Below are positions 34,226-51,570 of a stretch of 64,000 nucleotides of DNA, piece by piece. The translations under genes and the position numbers were made by a program. The stretch's first letter is position 1; every line of letters begins with the position of its first letter. Source of the DNA: Williopsis jadinii (taxonomy: Eukaryota); assembly GCA_024346625.1 (NCBI GenBank), contig AP024664.1:2108001-2172000 (forward strand), given 5' to 3'. The notes beneath the pieces are model-generated. The model did no database searches, had not been told where the DNA came from, and saw only the letters and a program-made list of their open reading frames with translations.

Positions 34226-34816
34226 ACACTGGGGCACCACAGACACCAAGTCCAAACACTTAGGAAAGACACCCAGACCAGACCAAGACCAACCTATGGC
34301 TACACCAACAGATTCCCACAACGACAACCACGGGAAATGGGAATGTGGCCCCAAAGTGGGATTTTACCAAAACCGTTAGTATGGGGATCCCCCAGGCAGT
34401 GGGAATTTCCGGTTACGAGCGCTGGCGAGGATTTTCTAATTTTGCGAGAAGTGCGACCATCCCTCCGCGCCTGCGCCGCTGCGGGATGGTCATAATGATT
34501 TAAAAAAACTAGGGGTATCCGGTTCCGCCCCCGTATATAGGTATATATATGTGTGTAGATGGGTGGGTGGTGGTGGTGGTTGACGGGGGGGGAGGGGGGT
34601 TTATATAGTTTTGGGTGGTGTTGGGTGGTCACGTGGGTCACGTGAGTGGTGTGCGGGTGGTGTGTGTGGTGTAAGGGTGTGCAGTCACCGGGCGGGTCAC
34701 GTGGATGGTGTTAGGGCTGGTGTAGGCCACGGCCACCAGCCGGGTAGACTACCCCTTTTGGGACACCGGGTAGACTGCCCCTTTTGGGAAGCCGGTTACC
34801 CAACTTGGGTAAAAAA

Positions 34817-34937
34817 AGATTGCAGCACCTGAGTTTCGCGTATGGTCACCCACTACACTACTCGATCAGGCTCTTAGCAGCTTAACTACAGTTGATCGGA
34901 CGGGAAACGGTGCTTTCTGCTAGATATGGCCGCAACC
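34817..34937 (-). rRNA. RDN5: 5S rRNA
   Basis: Reverse complement of 6151-6271. Confidence 0.98.
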
Positions 34938-35164
34938 GAAATGGAAGCGCGCGGGGGAGGTTACACTGCTTACACTGCTTACACCGCTTACTAAGCAGCT
35001 TACTAAGAACCGCTTACTAAGACACCGCTTACTAAGCACTGTGTAGATGTAGCAGGTGGGTGTAGGGGTAAGGTCCAGCGGGCCCAGGGCATCCAGGGGG
35101 CTGTCTATAGCGGGAGCTATAGGGCGCGTCGTACGTGGACGTGTAGCAGGTGTGTAGTGAGTGT

Positions 35165-38050
35165 CCATTGGGGGCCTGGGTGTCCAGCGGGCGGTCATTT
35201 GGTGATGATTCAGGAGTGAACCAGCGGTGAGTTGATGTCCACGGGTGGCCAGCGGGCCTCCAGGGGACCTCCAGGGGGCCTCTAGGGGATGGATCGTGGT
35301 CTCTAAGGTGGGTCTAGCATGTTTACAGTACATAGATGTGTGGAAGATGTCCATTGGGTGTCTGATTGTTTACTCGGGGTCCATTTGGTGTTGATTCAGG
35401 GGTGAGTTGATGTCCATGGATGTCCAGGGATGTCCACGGGATGTCCAGCGGGCGTCCATAGGCCTCTAGGGGCGTCCGGTGGCTATATCGTGGTCTCCAG
35501 GGTCTGTCCAGGGTATTCCCAGCATGTAGTTGTGTAGAAGATGTCCATTGGGTGTCTGATTGTTTACTCCGTGTCCACTTGGTGATGATTCAGCGGCAGC
35601 GAGCGTTGAGGGGGCCTCTAGGGGCCTCCAACGGGAGCCTGGTGGATGGATCGTGGTCTCCAGTGTGTTCCCAGCTTGTAGATGTCCATTGCATGTCCAA
35701 TAAGTGTTTGGTTGTTGACCCGCTGTCCATTTGGTGTTGATTCAGGGGCGAGATGATGTTCACGGGGCATCCACAGACCTCTAGCAAGAGCCTGGTGGAT
35801 GTATCGTGGTCTCCAGCGTCTGTCCAGGGTATTCCCAGTGTGTAGATGTCCATTGAGTGTCCATTGGTGGCCTTGTTGTTTACACGGTGTCCACTTGATG
35901 ATGATTCAGCGGCAAGCGAACGTTGATGGAGCGTCCAACAAGCCTCTAGGGACCTCCAGCGGGAGCCTAGTCGATGCCTAGACATCCTTAGGTGGTCTCC
36001 AGCATCTTCCCTGTTTGTAGTTGTCCATTGAATGTCCATTGGTGGCCTTGTTGTTTACACGGTGTCCACTTGGTGTTGATTCAGCGGCAAGCGAACGTCG
36101 ACGAGGTGGCCACCAGGCATCCACAGACCTCTAGCAAGAGCCTGGTGGGTGGATTGTGGTCGCCAGGGTTGGTCTAGAGTATTTCCAGTGTGTTGATGTC
36201 CATTGAATGTCCAATAGATGGCTTGTTGTTTACCCGCCGCCCACTCGGTGATGTTTCAGCGGCGAGTTGATGTCCACAGTATGTCCACGGGGCAACCATA
36301 AGCCTCTAGCGACAGCCTGGTGGATGTATCACGGTCTCTAGCGTCTGTCCAGCGTATTCCCAGCAAGTAGATGTCCAATTGGTGTCCATTGGTGGCCTTG
36401 TTGTTGACACGGTGTCCACTTGATGATGATTCAGCGGCAAGCGAACGTTGATGGGGCCTTCACGCGGCAAACATAAGCCTCTAGCGAACGTCCAGTGGAT
36501 GGACCGTGGTCTCCAGTGTCTGTTTGGCATGTTCCCAGTACGTTGATGTCCAATTGGTGTCCATTGGTGGCCTTGTTGTTTACACGGTGTCCACTTGGTG
36601 TTGATTCAGCGGCGAGAAAACGTCGACGAGGTGGCCACCAGGCATCCACAGACCTCTAGCGATAGCCTGGTGGATGTATCGTGGTCTCCAGTGTCTGTTT
36701 GGCATGTGTCCAGTGTGTAGGTATCCATTGAATGTCCATTGGTGGCCTTGTTGTTTACCCGCTGTCCATTTGGTGTTGATTCAGGGGCGAGAAAACGTCG
36801 ACGGCGTTGCCACCAGGCATCCGCAGGCCTCTAGCGATAGCCTGGTGGATGGACCGTGGCCTCCAGTGTCTGTTTGGCATGTGTCCAGCATGTAGATGTG
36901 TGGAAGATGTCCATTGGTGGCCTTGTTGTTTACACGGTGTCCACTTGATGATGATTCAGCGGCGAGAAAACGTCGACGTGGTGGCCACCAGGCATCCACA
37001 GACCTCTAGCGACAGCCTGGTGGATGTATCGTGGTCTCTAGCGTCTGTCCAAGGTATTCCCAGGCGTTGATGTCCATTGAATGTCCAATAGATGGCTTGT
37101 TGTTTACCCGCCGCCCACTTGATGATGTTTCAGCGGCGAGTTGATGTCCACAGGATGTCCACCAGGCATCCACAGACCTCTAGCGATAGCCTGGTGGATG
37201 TATCGTGGTCTCTAGCGTCTGTTTGGCATGTGTCCAGCATGTAGTTGTCCAATTGGTGTCCATCGGTGGCCTTGTTGTTTACACCGTGTCCACTTGATGA
37301 TGTTTCAGCAGTGAGTTGATGTCCACAGGATGTCCACGGGGCAACCATAAGCCTCTAGCGAACGTCTAGTCGATGTATCGTGGTCTCCAGTGTCTGTTTG
37401 GCATGTGTCCAGTGTGTAGGTATCCGTTGAATGTCCATTGGTGGCCTGATTGTTTACCCGCTGTCCATTTGGTGTTGATTCAGCGGCGAGAAAACGTCGA
37501 CGGCGTTGCCACCAGGCATCCGCAGGCCTCTATCAAGAGCCTGGTGGATGTATCGTGGCCTCTAGGGATGGTCTAGCGTATTCCCAGTGTGTAGATTTCC
37601 ATTGAATGTCCATTGGTCGCCTCTTTGTTTACCCCCCGCCCGCTTGATGATGTTTCAGCGGCGTGTTGATGTCCACAGGATGTTCACGGGGCAAACATAA
37701 GCCTCTAGCGAGAGCCTGGTGGGTGGAGCGTGGTCTCCAGTGTCTGTTTGGCACGTGTCCAGCATGTAGATGTGTGGAAGATGTCCATTGGTGGCCTCGT
37801 TGTTTACACGGTGTCCACTTGATGTTGTTTCAGCGGCGAGAAAACGTCGACGGGGCCTCCACGCGGCAAACATAAGCCTCTAGCGATAGCCTGGTGGATG
37901 TATCGTGGCCTCTAGGTTCTGTCCAGCATGTTTCCAATACATAGATGTGTAGAAGATGTCCAACCAGCGCCCCTTTGTTTACCCTCTACCCCCTTGATGT
38001 TCATTCAGGGAAAAGTTTTTTTTTCGCAAATTCAGCGGCGAGAAAACGCC
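35165..38050. repeat. IGS2 ~175-bp sub-repeat array, long variant, about 16 copies (A/B mosaic)
   Basis: About 875 bp (5 x 175) longer than variant A. Confidence 0.92.
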
Positions 38051-39176
38051 CACGCGGTGGCCACCGGTTCAGGCATTAGCTCCGATCCAGGTAAAGTGGC
38101 CCCGCCAGCTTGGTGTCCAGCAGTAAATTGGCGCAATTCGGGATCAACCACCCCCATGTGGGGCCCGGAGTTTGACACATCCTCTAATATCCGCAACACT
38201 TAAATGCTTCCAGAACTCCACACACACATCCTACCACAACCAAAATCACTGTTCCACGCTCACAAAATTCACGCCTTTCCAATGAGACCAAAATACCCTG
38301 GTATTTCCACCATTTGGGTTTTTCATTCCATTATTTTACTGTTAACATCTACCCAAATTTTATAATCCGAAAAAGACTCACCTATTCTCGGAGATATCCT
38401 AAATTAATATATACTATATAATCCCATAACTCGGGAACTAGCAGAGCTTTCGAGCTATAAACACCACTACTGGATAGCTACGCTCCAGAGGTTACCTATG
38501 GGTTTAAGTTGTTTCCCGGTTTATGGGTGCCCATCTCCCTGGAAAGCAAAACATGGTTTTTAGAGGGCAACCTGCATTTTCTCGGCGAACCCCGGTTTGT
38601 TCCAACTTTATCAAAAGTGGGTCTTTCATGGCCAAACTTGGGTCATATATTCACCTTCAGGAGTAGTACCTATGGTCCAACAGCCATGGATGGGTGCACT
38701 TTGCCCATTGTTCAGGAGGTATAAGTACAAAATTACATGCATAAATGTTGATTTTTGGGTGCCGCCGAGCAACCGGAATTAACCAGAGATGATGCAAGAT
38801 GATAGTACTGTGTCAGTTACACCACCTTGGCTTATTAGATCGGTCAAATTCATCGCGCGTGGTGGTGCAATTTGCGTTTAAAGGGTGTATAAAATGGCTT
38901 TTTGGTGTAAGGATGTTTGGGTGTTTGGATGAAATGTTTGGATGTTTTGGCAGGGTGGTGGGGGCAGGTGGGGGGCATATAATTGGATATTTTGGGATGG
39001 GGGCGATATGTTTGGGGAGTTTTTGGTATGGATCGGGAGGTTGGAGCGTGGTTTGAACCATTGGGCTTGTTGTGGTGTTTATGGCGTTTGTGCTGGGAGT
39101 GCGCTGGCTGTTACAAGTGTTGGGGTGGTCGGATCTGGCTTTCCGGGGTGTTGCCCGTTCCCGAAAAACAAAGTGG

Positions 39177-39395
39177 GGGCTTAACTATGGGCGCTTAACT
39201 ATGGGCGCTTAACTATGGGAGATTCACTATGAGACTTAACTATGGGATCTCTACTATGGGAGCTTCACTATAGGTGGTTAACTATGGGAGTTCCACTATA
39301 GGTGGTTAACTACGGGGATGGTAGGTGGTGTTGCCCGTTCCCGAAAAACAAACTGGGAGTTAACTATGGGCGTTAACTATGGGGTTCCACTATGA
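39177..39395. repeat. 14-bp minisatellite, short variant
   Basis: CTTAACTATGGG(C/A)G units. Confidence 0.9.
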
Positions 39396-39399
39396 AGGT

Positions 39400-39950
39400 C
39401 TTTAATTTTTCCTGAAGTTATTCGCATCCATGAAAATCTATACTTTCAAGGGGTATTTAATTTTTGTTGATGTAGTGCGCGGCCCAAAAAATCTATAGAG
39501 GTTAAACTTTGGTGAAGTTATTCGCATCCATGAAAATCTATACTTCCAAGGGGTATTTAATTTTTGTTGATGTAGTGCGCGGCCCAAAAAATCTATAGAG
39601 GTTAAATTTTGGTGAAGTTACTCGCTTCCATGAAAATCTATACTTTCAAGGGGTATTTAATTTTTGTTGATGTAGTGCGCGGCCCAAAAAATCCATAGAG
39701 GTTAAATTTTGGTGAAGTTACTCGCTTCCATAAAAATCTATACTTCCAAGGGGTATTTAATTTTTGTTGATGTAGTGCGCGGCCCAAAAAAAATCTATAG
39801 AGGTTAAATTTTGGTGAAGTTACTCGCTTCCATAAAAATCTATACTTCCAAGGGGTATTTAATTTTTGTTGATGTAGTGCGCGGCCCAAAAAAAATCTAT
39901 AGAGGTTAAATTTTGGTGATGTTATTCGCATCCATAAAAATCTATAGGGA
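39400..39950. repeat. IGS2 ~100-bp tandem repeats, about 5 copies
   Basis: Reverse complement of 26870-27420. Confidence 0.92.
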
Positions 39951-40620
39951 TTCCATATGGGAGTTCCATGGGGGTTCCATGGAAATCTTCAATTTTAGTG
40001 ATGTGGCGCGCGATCTTGAAAATCTAACTACAAGACTTGGTCTATATGGACTGTCTACAATAGATGTTTCCAGTAGATGCCCACCTTTTTGGTTGGGTTG
40101 CGCCCTGTTGAAAAATTCATTTGTAGGTGTTGATGTATAAAGTGTAAGAAGAACAAACCTCTCTAACAATCGACGAGAGGGTGGACTGAAAACCAAATCC
40201 ATCGACGGTTGCCCTAAAATGAAAAATTTTTCACTGTTGCTCACACCGGAAAATTTTTTCCATGTTTGCGTCGCTTTTTTGTTGTGCTGCACGGACCGGA
40301 AAAATTTTTCATCTTTGCGTCCCTTTTTTGTTGTGCTGCACGGACCGAAAAATCTCACTTCCGGAACACTCTGAAACCGAATCTCAATTTCGGGACGGCC
40401 AACAACAAAATATGTGGCCTGTCCCAAAAACGCGTGGCCGAAATCTTGAAAATCCAAAATGTATGAGGCGAACCCAAAACATTGACGCAGGGTATATGCA
40501 GGCGGTAGACGGCGTTGGTATAGCTCTGAGACTACAGACGATTGAAGAATTCAAAATCCAGAAAACACAAGTCCACACCTGATCAGTCTTCCAAAGATGA
40601 AAGAGGCTCGGAGGTACTAC

Positions 40621-41323
40621 ATGTGGGAGCGTTTGGACGATTTGAAAAAGTCGTCTGGAGTGGCCCACAGGCCTTGTTGGACGGTGGTGAAGGTGCTAGT
40701 GTGGTCGCCAGACTGTGCTTGCCTTGTACACCGTGTCGACATGGGCGGGGATGGGTTCGTTGGGCATTCGGTAAGTGAAGGGAGACTCTCCTTCCATCAA
40801 CAACACCTTCTTTGCCCGTTCTGGGTTTAGGGAGAGACCATAGGGGGGGATCCTTTTTCTTTTGATGTTTTTCGGCCTACGCCTGAGCAGTCCCGTCTGG
40901 GAGTTCTTCCACGGGCGGGCACTGAGGGATTTAGTGGACTACTAGCCTATGGCAAGTGTTGTAACTAGAATCCTGGGGGCATACCTGCCTGGATAACCGT
41001 AGCGATACGTGAGTCCAGGCGGCGTGACCTCCTCTCAAGCCAGTGATGCTAAACCCGGGACGCATGAAACACGGCACTGGAGTTTAGCGGAGCCTGTGCT
41101 AGAGGAAATTTAAAGAGGGCTATATGGATGTGTTCTGTTCCCTGCCTGGGTTCTCCAGGCTGGGGGCAAGCACCAGTAGTTCTAACGAACTACTGCTTTA
41201 CCACATAATATCTTCAGGGAGAACTTCTCCCGCTGGAAACGGGGGCGGACCCGGCTCTAGGCAGCGTAGGCACACCGGCCTAGTCAGCTCCGCCTAGACG
41301 ACACCCCCTAACCAAAGGATAGT
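40621..41323 (+). other. 5'ETS; predicted Pol I start at 40621
   Basis: GGAGGTACTAC|ATGTGGG; ends GGATAGT|TATCTGG (A1 site). Confidence 0.8.
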
Positions 41324-42418
41324 TATCTGGTTGATCCTGCCAGTAGTCATATGCTTGTCTCAAAGATTAAGCCATGCATGTCTAAGTATAAGCAATTTAT
41401 ACAGTGAAACTGCGAATGGCTCATTAAATCAGTTATAGTTTATTTGATAGTACCTTACTACTTGGATAACCGTGGTAATTCTAGAGCTAATACATGCTAA
41501 AAACCCCGACTGCTTGGGAGGGGTGTATTTATTAGATAAAAAATCAATGCCCTCGGGCTCTTTGATGATTCATAATAACTTGTCGAATCGCATGGCTTTA
41601 CGCCGGCGATGGTTCATTCAAATTTCTGCCCTATCAACTGTCGATGGTAGGATAGTGGCCTACCATGGTGGCAACGGGTAACGGGGAATAAGGGTTCGAT
41701 TCCGGAGAGGGAGCCTGAGAAACGGCTACCACATCCAAGGAAGGCAGCAGGCGCGCAAATTACCCAATCCTAATTCAGGGAGGTAGTGACAATAAATAAC
41801 GATACAGGGCCCTTCTGGGTCTTGTAATTGGAATGAGTACAATGTAAATACCTTAACGAGGAACAATTGGAGGGCAAGTCTGGTGCCAGCAGCCGCGGTA
41901 ATTCCAGCTCCAATAGCGTATATTAAAGTTGTTGCAGTTAAAAAGCTCGTAGTTGAACTTTGGGCCTGGCAGGCCGGTCCGCTTTTTGGCGAGTACTGAC
42001 CCTGCCGGGCCTTTCCTTCTGGCTACCCTCCCCTCTGGAGAGGCGAACCAGGACTTTTACTTTGAAAAAATTAGAGTGTTCAAAGCAGGCCTTTGCTCGA
42101 ATATATTAGCATGGAATAATAGAATAGGACGTTTGGTTCTATTTTGTTGGTTTCTAGGACCATCGTAATGATTAATAGGGACGGTCGGGGGCATCAGTAT
42201 TCAGTTGTCAGAGGTGAAATTCTTGGATTTACTGAAGACTAACTACTGCGAAAGCATTTGCCAAGGACGTTTTCATTAATCAAGAACGAAAGTTAGGGGA
42301 TCGAAGATGATCAGATACCGTCGTAGTCTTAACCATAAACTATGCCGACTAGGGATCGGGTGTTGTTTTTATAATGACTCACTCGGCACCTTACGAGAAA
42401 TCAAAGTCTTTGGGTTCT

Positions 42419-42487
<69 letters not shown>

Positions 42488-42926
42488 GCGGCTTAATTTG
42501 ACTCAACACGGGGAAACTCACCAGGTCCAGACACAATAAGGATTGACAGATTGAGAGCTCTTTCTTGATTTTGTGGGTGGTGGTGCATGGCCGTTCTTAG
42601 TTGGTGGAGTGATTTGTCTGCTTAATTGCGATAACGAACGAGACCTTAACCTACTAAATAGCGCGACTAGCTTTTGCTGGTGCTGACGCTTCTTAGAGGG
42701 ACTATCGATTTCAAGTCGATGGAAGTTTGAGGCAATAACAGGTCTGTGATGCCCTTAGACGTTCTGGGCCGCACGCGCGCTACACTGACGGAGCCAGCGA
42801 GTCTAGCCTTGGCCGAGAGGTCATGGGTAATCTTGTGAAACTCCGTCGTGCTGGGGATAGAGCATTGCAATTATTGCTCTTCAACGAGGAATTCCTAGTA
42901 AGCGCAAGTCATCAGCTTGCGTTGAT

Positions 42927-42972
<46 letters not shown>

Positions 42973-43056
42973 AATGGCTTAGTGAGGCTTCAGGATTGGC
43001 TTATGGCGGGAGGCGACTCCTGCCTGGAGCCGAGAATCTAGTCAAACTTGGTCATT

Positions 43057-43114
<58 letters not shown>
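41324..43114 (+). rRNA. RDN18: 18S rRNA
   Basis: Canonical ends, 1791 nt. Confidence 0.98.
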
Positions 43115-43254
43115 GAGAACCTGGGCCTGCGCTTCTAGCGCGGCTCCAACCAATACACAGTGTATTTTGCTTCTTTTGCTTTGGCTCTGCCAAAGGTTTT
43201 AAACACAGAAATTTATTTTCTCTAGAAACTAGTCAATTTGAATTTTAATCTTCA

Positions 43255-43412
43255 AAACTTTCAACAACGGATCTCTTGGTTCTCGCAACGATGAAGAACG
43301 CAGCGAAATGCGATACGTAATGTGAATTGCAGGTTTTCGTGAATCATCGAATCTTTGAACGCATATTGCGCTCTCTGGCATTCCAGAGAGCATGCCTGTT
43401 TGAGCGTCATTT
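43255..43412 (+). rRNA. RDN58: 5.8S rRNA
   Basis: Canonical ends, 158 nt. Confidence 0.98.
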
Positions 43413-43588
43413 CTCTCTCAAGATCCTCTAGGGGACTTGGTATTGAGTGATACTCTGTGTTAACTTGAAATACTCTAGGCAGAGCTCCCCCTAGAAATCC
43501 TCTGGGCCGAAATAATGTATTAGGTTCTACCAACTCGTTATTTTCCAGACAGACTTCCAGGCAGAGCTCGGCTGAACAACCTTTCTAA

Positions 43589-46974
<3,386 letters not shown>

Positions 46975-46984
46975 TGTTTCGGCA

Positions 46985-47190
46985 ACTCTATTTTTTGCTG
47001 GCGGGTGCCAGCTGGGGATAGAGTGTCACACAGTTGCCGTAGGCGACTGTGTATTTGTTTTGGTGACGGTAGGGTAATCTTTGGTGTGAGTGGTGTAGTT
47101 TTTGCTTTTTTGTCACGGGGTGTGTGGGTGTTGTGATGAAGATGGTCTCTGAGGTTTTATGACGGTAGGGTAACAGTTGGTGTGAGTGGT
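46985..47190 (+). terminator. 3'ETS Rnt1-type hairpin (46985-47024) and twin Reb1-like terminator sites (47064-47077, 47160-47173)
   Basis: Mirror of 7167-7372. Confidence 0.65.
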
Positions 47191-47291
47191 TGAATTTTTT
47201 TTAATTTTTCACCAGAGCTCCCAGGAGGAATTTTTGTTTTTCGTGAGGGGAGGGGGTTTCCACCGGCTAGGCTGGGCTGGGCTTCCAGGCT

Positions 47292-47491
47292 GGGCTTAAA
47301 AAAGTTAGGCGGGTGGTCAGCCTAAAAAGCTAGGCGGGTGGGATAAGCCTAGAAAGCTAGGCGGGTGGTCAGCCTAAAAAGCTAGGCGGGTGGGATAAGC
47401 CTAGAAAGCTAGGCGGGTGGTCAGCCTAAAATGCTAGGCGGGTGGTCAGCCTAAAATGCTAGGCGGGATGGGCTTAAAATGTTAGGCGGGT
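47292..47491. repeat. IGS1 25/29-bp repeats
   Basis: Reverse complement of 6866-7065. Confidence 0.92.
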
Positions 47492-48085
47492 CCACACTGG
47501 GGCACCACAGACACCAAGTCCAAACACTTAGGAAAGACACCCAGACCAGACCAAGACCAACCTATGGCTACACCAACAGATTCCCACAACGACAACCACG
47601 GGAAATGGGAATGTGGCCCCAAAGTGGGATTTTACCAAAACCGTTAGTATGGGGATCCCCCAGGCAGTGGGAATTTCCGGTTACGAGCGCTGGCGAGGAT
47701 TTTCTAATTTTGCGAGAAGTGCGACCATCCCTCCGCGCCTGCGCCGCTGCGGGATGGTCATAATGATTTAAAAAAACTAGGGGTATCCGGTTCCGCCCCC
47801 GTATATAGGTATATATATGTGTGTAGATGGGTGGGTGGTGGTGGTGGTGGACGGGGGGGGAGGGGGGTTTATATAGTTTTGGGTGGTGTTGGGTGGTCAC
47901 GTGGGTCACGTGAGTGGTGTGCGGGTGGTGTGTGTGGTGTAAGGGTGTGCAGTCACCGGGCGGGTCACGTGGCTGGTGTTAGGGCTGGTGTAGGCCACGG
48001 CCACCAGCCGGGTAGACTACCCCTTTTGGGACACCGGGTAGACTGCCCCTTTTGGGAAGCCGGTTACCCAACTTGGGTAAAAAAA

Positions 48086-48206
48086 AGATTGCAGCACCTG
48101 AGTTTCGCGTATGGTCACCCACTACACTACTCGATCAGGCTCTTAGCAGCTTAACTACAGTTGATCGGACGGGAAACGGTGCTTTCTGCTAGATATGGCC
48201 GCAACC
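48086..48206 (-). rRNA. RDN5: 5S rRNA
   Basis: 121 nt, same sequence as the other copies. Confidence 0.98.
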
Positions 48207-48429
48207 GAAATGGAAGCGCGCGGGGGAGGTTACACTGCTTACACTGCTTACACCGCTTACTAAGCAGCTTACTAAGAACCGCTTACTAAGACACCGCTTA
48301 CTAAGCACTGTGTAGATGTAGCAGGTGGGTGTAGGGGTAAGGTCCAGCGGGCCCAGGGCATCCAGGGGGCTGTCTATAGCGGGAGCTATAGGGCGCGTCG
48401 TACGTGGACGTGTAGCAGGTGTGTAGTGA

Positions 48430-50445
48430 GTGTCCATTGGGGGCCTGGGTGTCCAGCGGGCGGTCATTTGGTGATGATTCAGGAGTGAACCAGCGGTGAG
48501 TTGATGTCCACGGGTGGCCAGCGGGCCTCCAGGGGACCTCCAGGGGGCCTCTAGGGGATGGATCGTGGTCTCTAAGGTGGGTCTAGCATGTTTACAGTAC
48601 ATAGATGTGTGGAAGATGTCCATTGGGTGTCTGATTGTTTACTCGGGGTCCATTTGGTGTTGATTCAGGGGTGAGTTGATGTCCATGGATGTCCAGGGAT
48701 GTCCACGGGATGTCCAGCGGGCGTCCATAGGCCTCTAGGGGCGTCCGGTGGCTATATCGTGGTCTCCAGGGTCTGTCCAGGGTATTTCCAGCATGTAGTT
48801 GTGTAGAAGATGTCCATTGGGTGTCTGATTGTTTACTCCGTGTCCACTTGGTGATGATTCAGCGGCAGCGAGCGTTGAGGGGGCCTCTAGGGGCCTCCAA
48901 CGGGAGCCTGGTGGATGGATCGTGGTCTCCAGTGTGTTCCCAGCTTGTAGATGTCCATTGCATGTCCAATAAGTGTTTGGTTGTTGACCCGCTGTCCATT
49001 TGGTGTTGATTCAGGGGCGAGATGATGTTCACGGGGCATCCACAGACCTCTAGCAAGAGCCTGGTGGATGTATCGTGGTCTCCAGCGTCTGTCCAGGGTA
49101 TTCCCAGTGGGTAGATGTCCATTGAGTGTCCATTGGTGGCCTTGTTGTTTACACGGTGTCCACTTGATGATGATTCAGCGGCAAGCGAACGTTGATGGAG
49201 CGTCCAACAAGCCTCTAGGGACCTCCAGCGGGAGCCTAGTCGATGCCTAGACATCCTTAGGTGGTCTCCAGCATCTTCCCTGTTTGTAGTTGTCCATTGA
49301 ATGTCCATTGGTGGCCTTGTTGTTGACACGGTGTCCACTTGGTGTTGATTCAGCGGCAAGCGAACGTCGACGAGGTGGCCACCAGGCATCCACAGACCTC
49401 TAGCAAGAGCCTGGTGGGTGGATTGTGGTCGCCAGGGTTGGTCTAGAGTATTTCCAGTGTGTTGATGTCCATTGAATGTCCAATAGATGGCTTGTTGTTT
49501 ACCCGCCGCCCACTCGGTGATGTTTCAGCGGCGAGTTGATGTCCACAGTATGTCCACGGGGCAACCATAAGCCTCTAGCGACAGCCTGGTGGATGTATCA
49601 CGGTCTCTAGCGTCTGTCCAGCGTATTCCCAGCAAGTAGATGTCCAATTGGTGTCCATTGGTGGCCTTGTTGTTGACACGGTGTCCACTTGATGATGATT
49701 CAGCGGCAAGCGAACGTTGATGGGGCCTTCACGCGGCAAACATAAGCCTCTAGCGAACGTCCAGTGGATGGACCGTGGTCTCCAGTGTCTGTTTGGCATG
49801 TTCCCAGTACGTTGATGTCCAATTGGTGTCCATTGGTGGCCTTGTTGTTTACACGGTGTCCACTTGGTGTTGATTCAGCGGCGAGAAAACGTCGACGAGG
49901 TGGCCACCAGGCATCCACAGACCTCTAGCGATAGCCTGGTGGATGTATCGTGGTCTCCAGTGTCTGTTTGGCATGTGTCCAGTGTGTAGGTATCCATTGA
50001 ATGTCCATTGGTGGCCTTGTTGTTTACCCGCCGCCCACTCGGTGATGATTCAGCGGTGAGTTGATGTCCACAGTATGTCCACGGGGCAACCATAAGCCTC
50101 TAGCGACAGCCTGGTGGATGTATCGTGGTCTCTAGCGTCTGTCCAGGGTATTCCCAGCATGTAGTTGTCCAATTGGTGTCCATTGGTGGCCTTGTTGTTG
50201 ACACGGTGTCCACTTGATGATGTTTCAGCGGCAAGCGAACGTTGATGGGGCCTTCACGCGGCAAACATAAGCCTCTAGCGACAGCCTGGTGGATGTATCG
50301 TGGCCTCAGGTTCTGTCCAGCATGTTTCCAATACATAGATGTCTAATTGGTGTCCATTGGGAACATCTTTGTTTACCCTCTACCCCCTTGATGTTCATTC
50401 AGGGAAAAGTTTTTTTTTTCGCAAATTCACCGGCGAGAAAACGCC
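48430..50445. repeat. IGS2 ~175-bp sub-repeat array, about 11 copies (variant A)
   Basis: Reverse complement of 3915-5920. Confidence 0.92.
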
Positions 50446-51570
50446 CACGCGGTGGCCACCGGTTCAGGCATTAGCTCCGATCCAGGTAAAGTGGCCCCGC
50501 CAGCTTGGTGTCCAGCAGTAAATTGGCGCAATTCGGGATCAACCACCCCCATGTGGGGCCCGGAGTTTGACACATCCTCTAATATCCGCAACACTTAAAT
50601 GCTTCCAGAACTCCACACACACATCCTACCACAACCAAAATCACTGTTCCACGCTCACAAAATTCACGCCTTTCCAATGAGACCAAAATACCCTGGTATT
50701 TCCACCATTTGGGTTTTTCATTCCATTATTTTACTGTTAACATCTACCCAAATTTTATAATCCGAAAAAGACTCACCTATTCTCGGAGATATCCTAAATT
50801 AATATATACTATATAATCCCATAACTCGGGAACTAGCAGAGCTTTCGAGCTATAAACACCACTACTGGATAGCTACGCTCCAGAGGTTACCTATGGGTTT
50901 AAGTTGTTTCCCGGTTTATGGGTGCCCATCTCCCTGGAAAGCAAAACATGGTTTTTAGAGGGCAACCTGCATTTTCTCGGCGAACCCCGGTTTGTTCCAA
51001 CTTTATCAAAAGTGGGTCTTTCATGGCCAAACTTGGGTCATATATTCACCTTCAGGAGTAGTACCTATGGTCCAACAGCCATGGATGGGTGCACTTTGCC
51101 CATTGTTCAGGAGGTATAAGTACAAAATTACATGCATAAATGTTGATTTTTGGGTGCCGCCGAGCAACCGGAATTAACCAGAGATGATGCAAGATGATAG
51201 TACTGTGTCAGTTACACCACCTTGGCTTATTAGATCGGTCAAATTCATCGCGCGTGGTGGTGCAATTTGCGTTTAAAGGGTGTATAAAATGGCTTTTTGG
51301 TGTAAGGATGTTGGGTGTTTGGATGAAATGTTTGGATGTTTTGGCAGGGTGGTGGGGGCAGGTGGGGGGCATATAATTGGATATTTTGGGATGGGGGCGA
51401 TATGTTTGGGGAGTTTTTGGTATGGATCGGGAGGTTGGAGCGTGGTTTGAACCATTGGGCTGGTTGTGGTGTTTATGGCGTTTGTGCTGGGAGTGCGCTG
51501 GCTGTTACAAGTGTTGGGGTGGTCGGATCTGGCTTTCCGGGGTGTTGCCCGTTCCCGAAAAACAAAGTGG

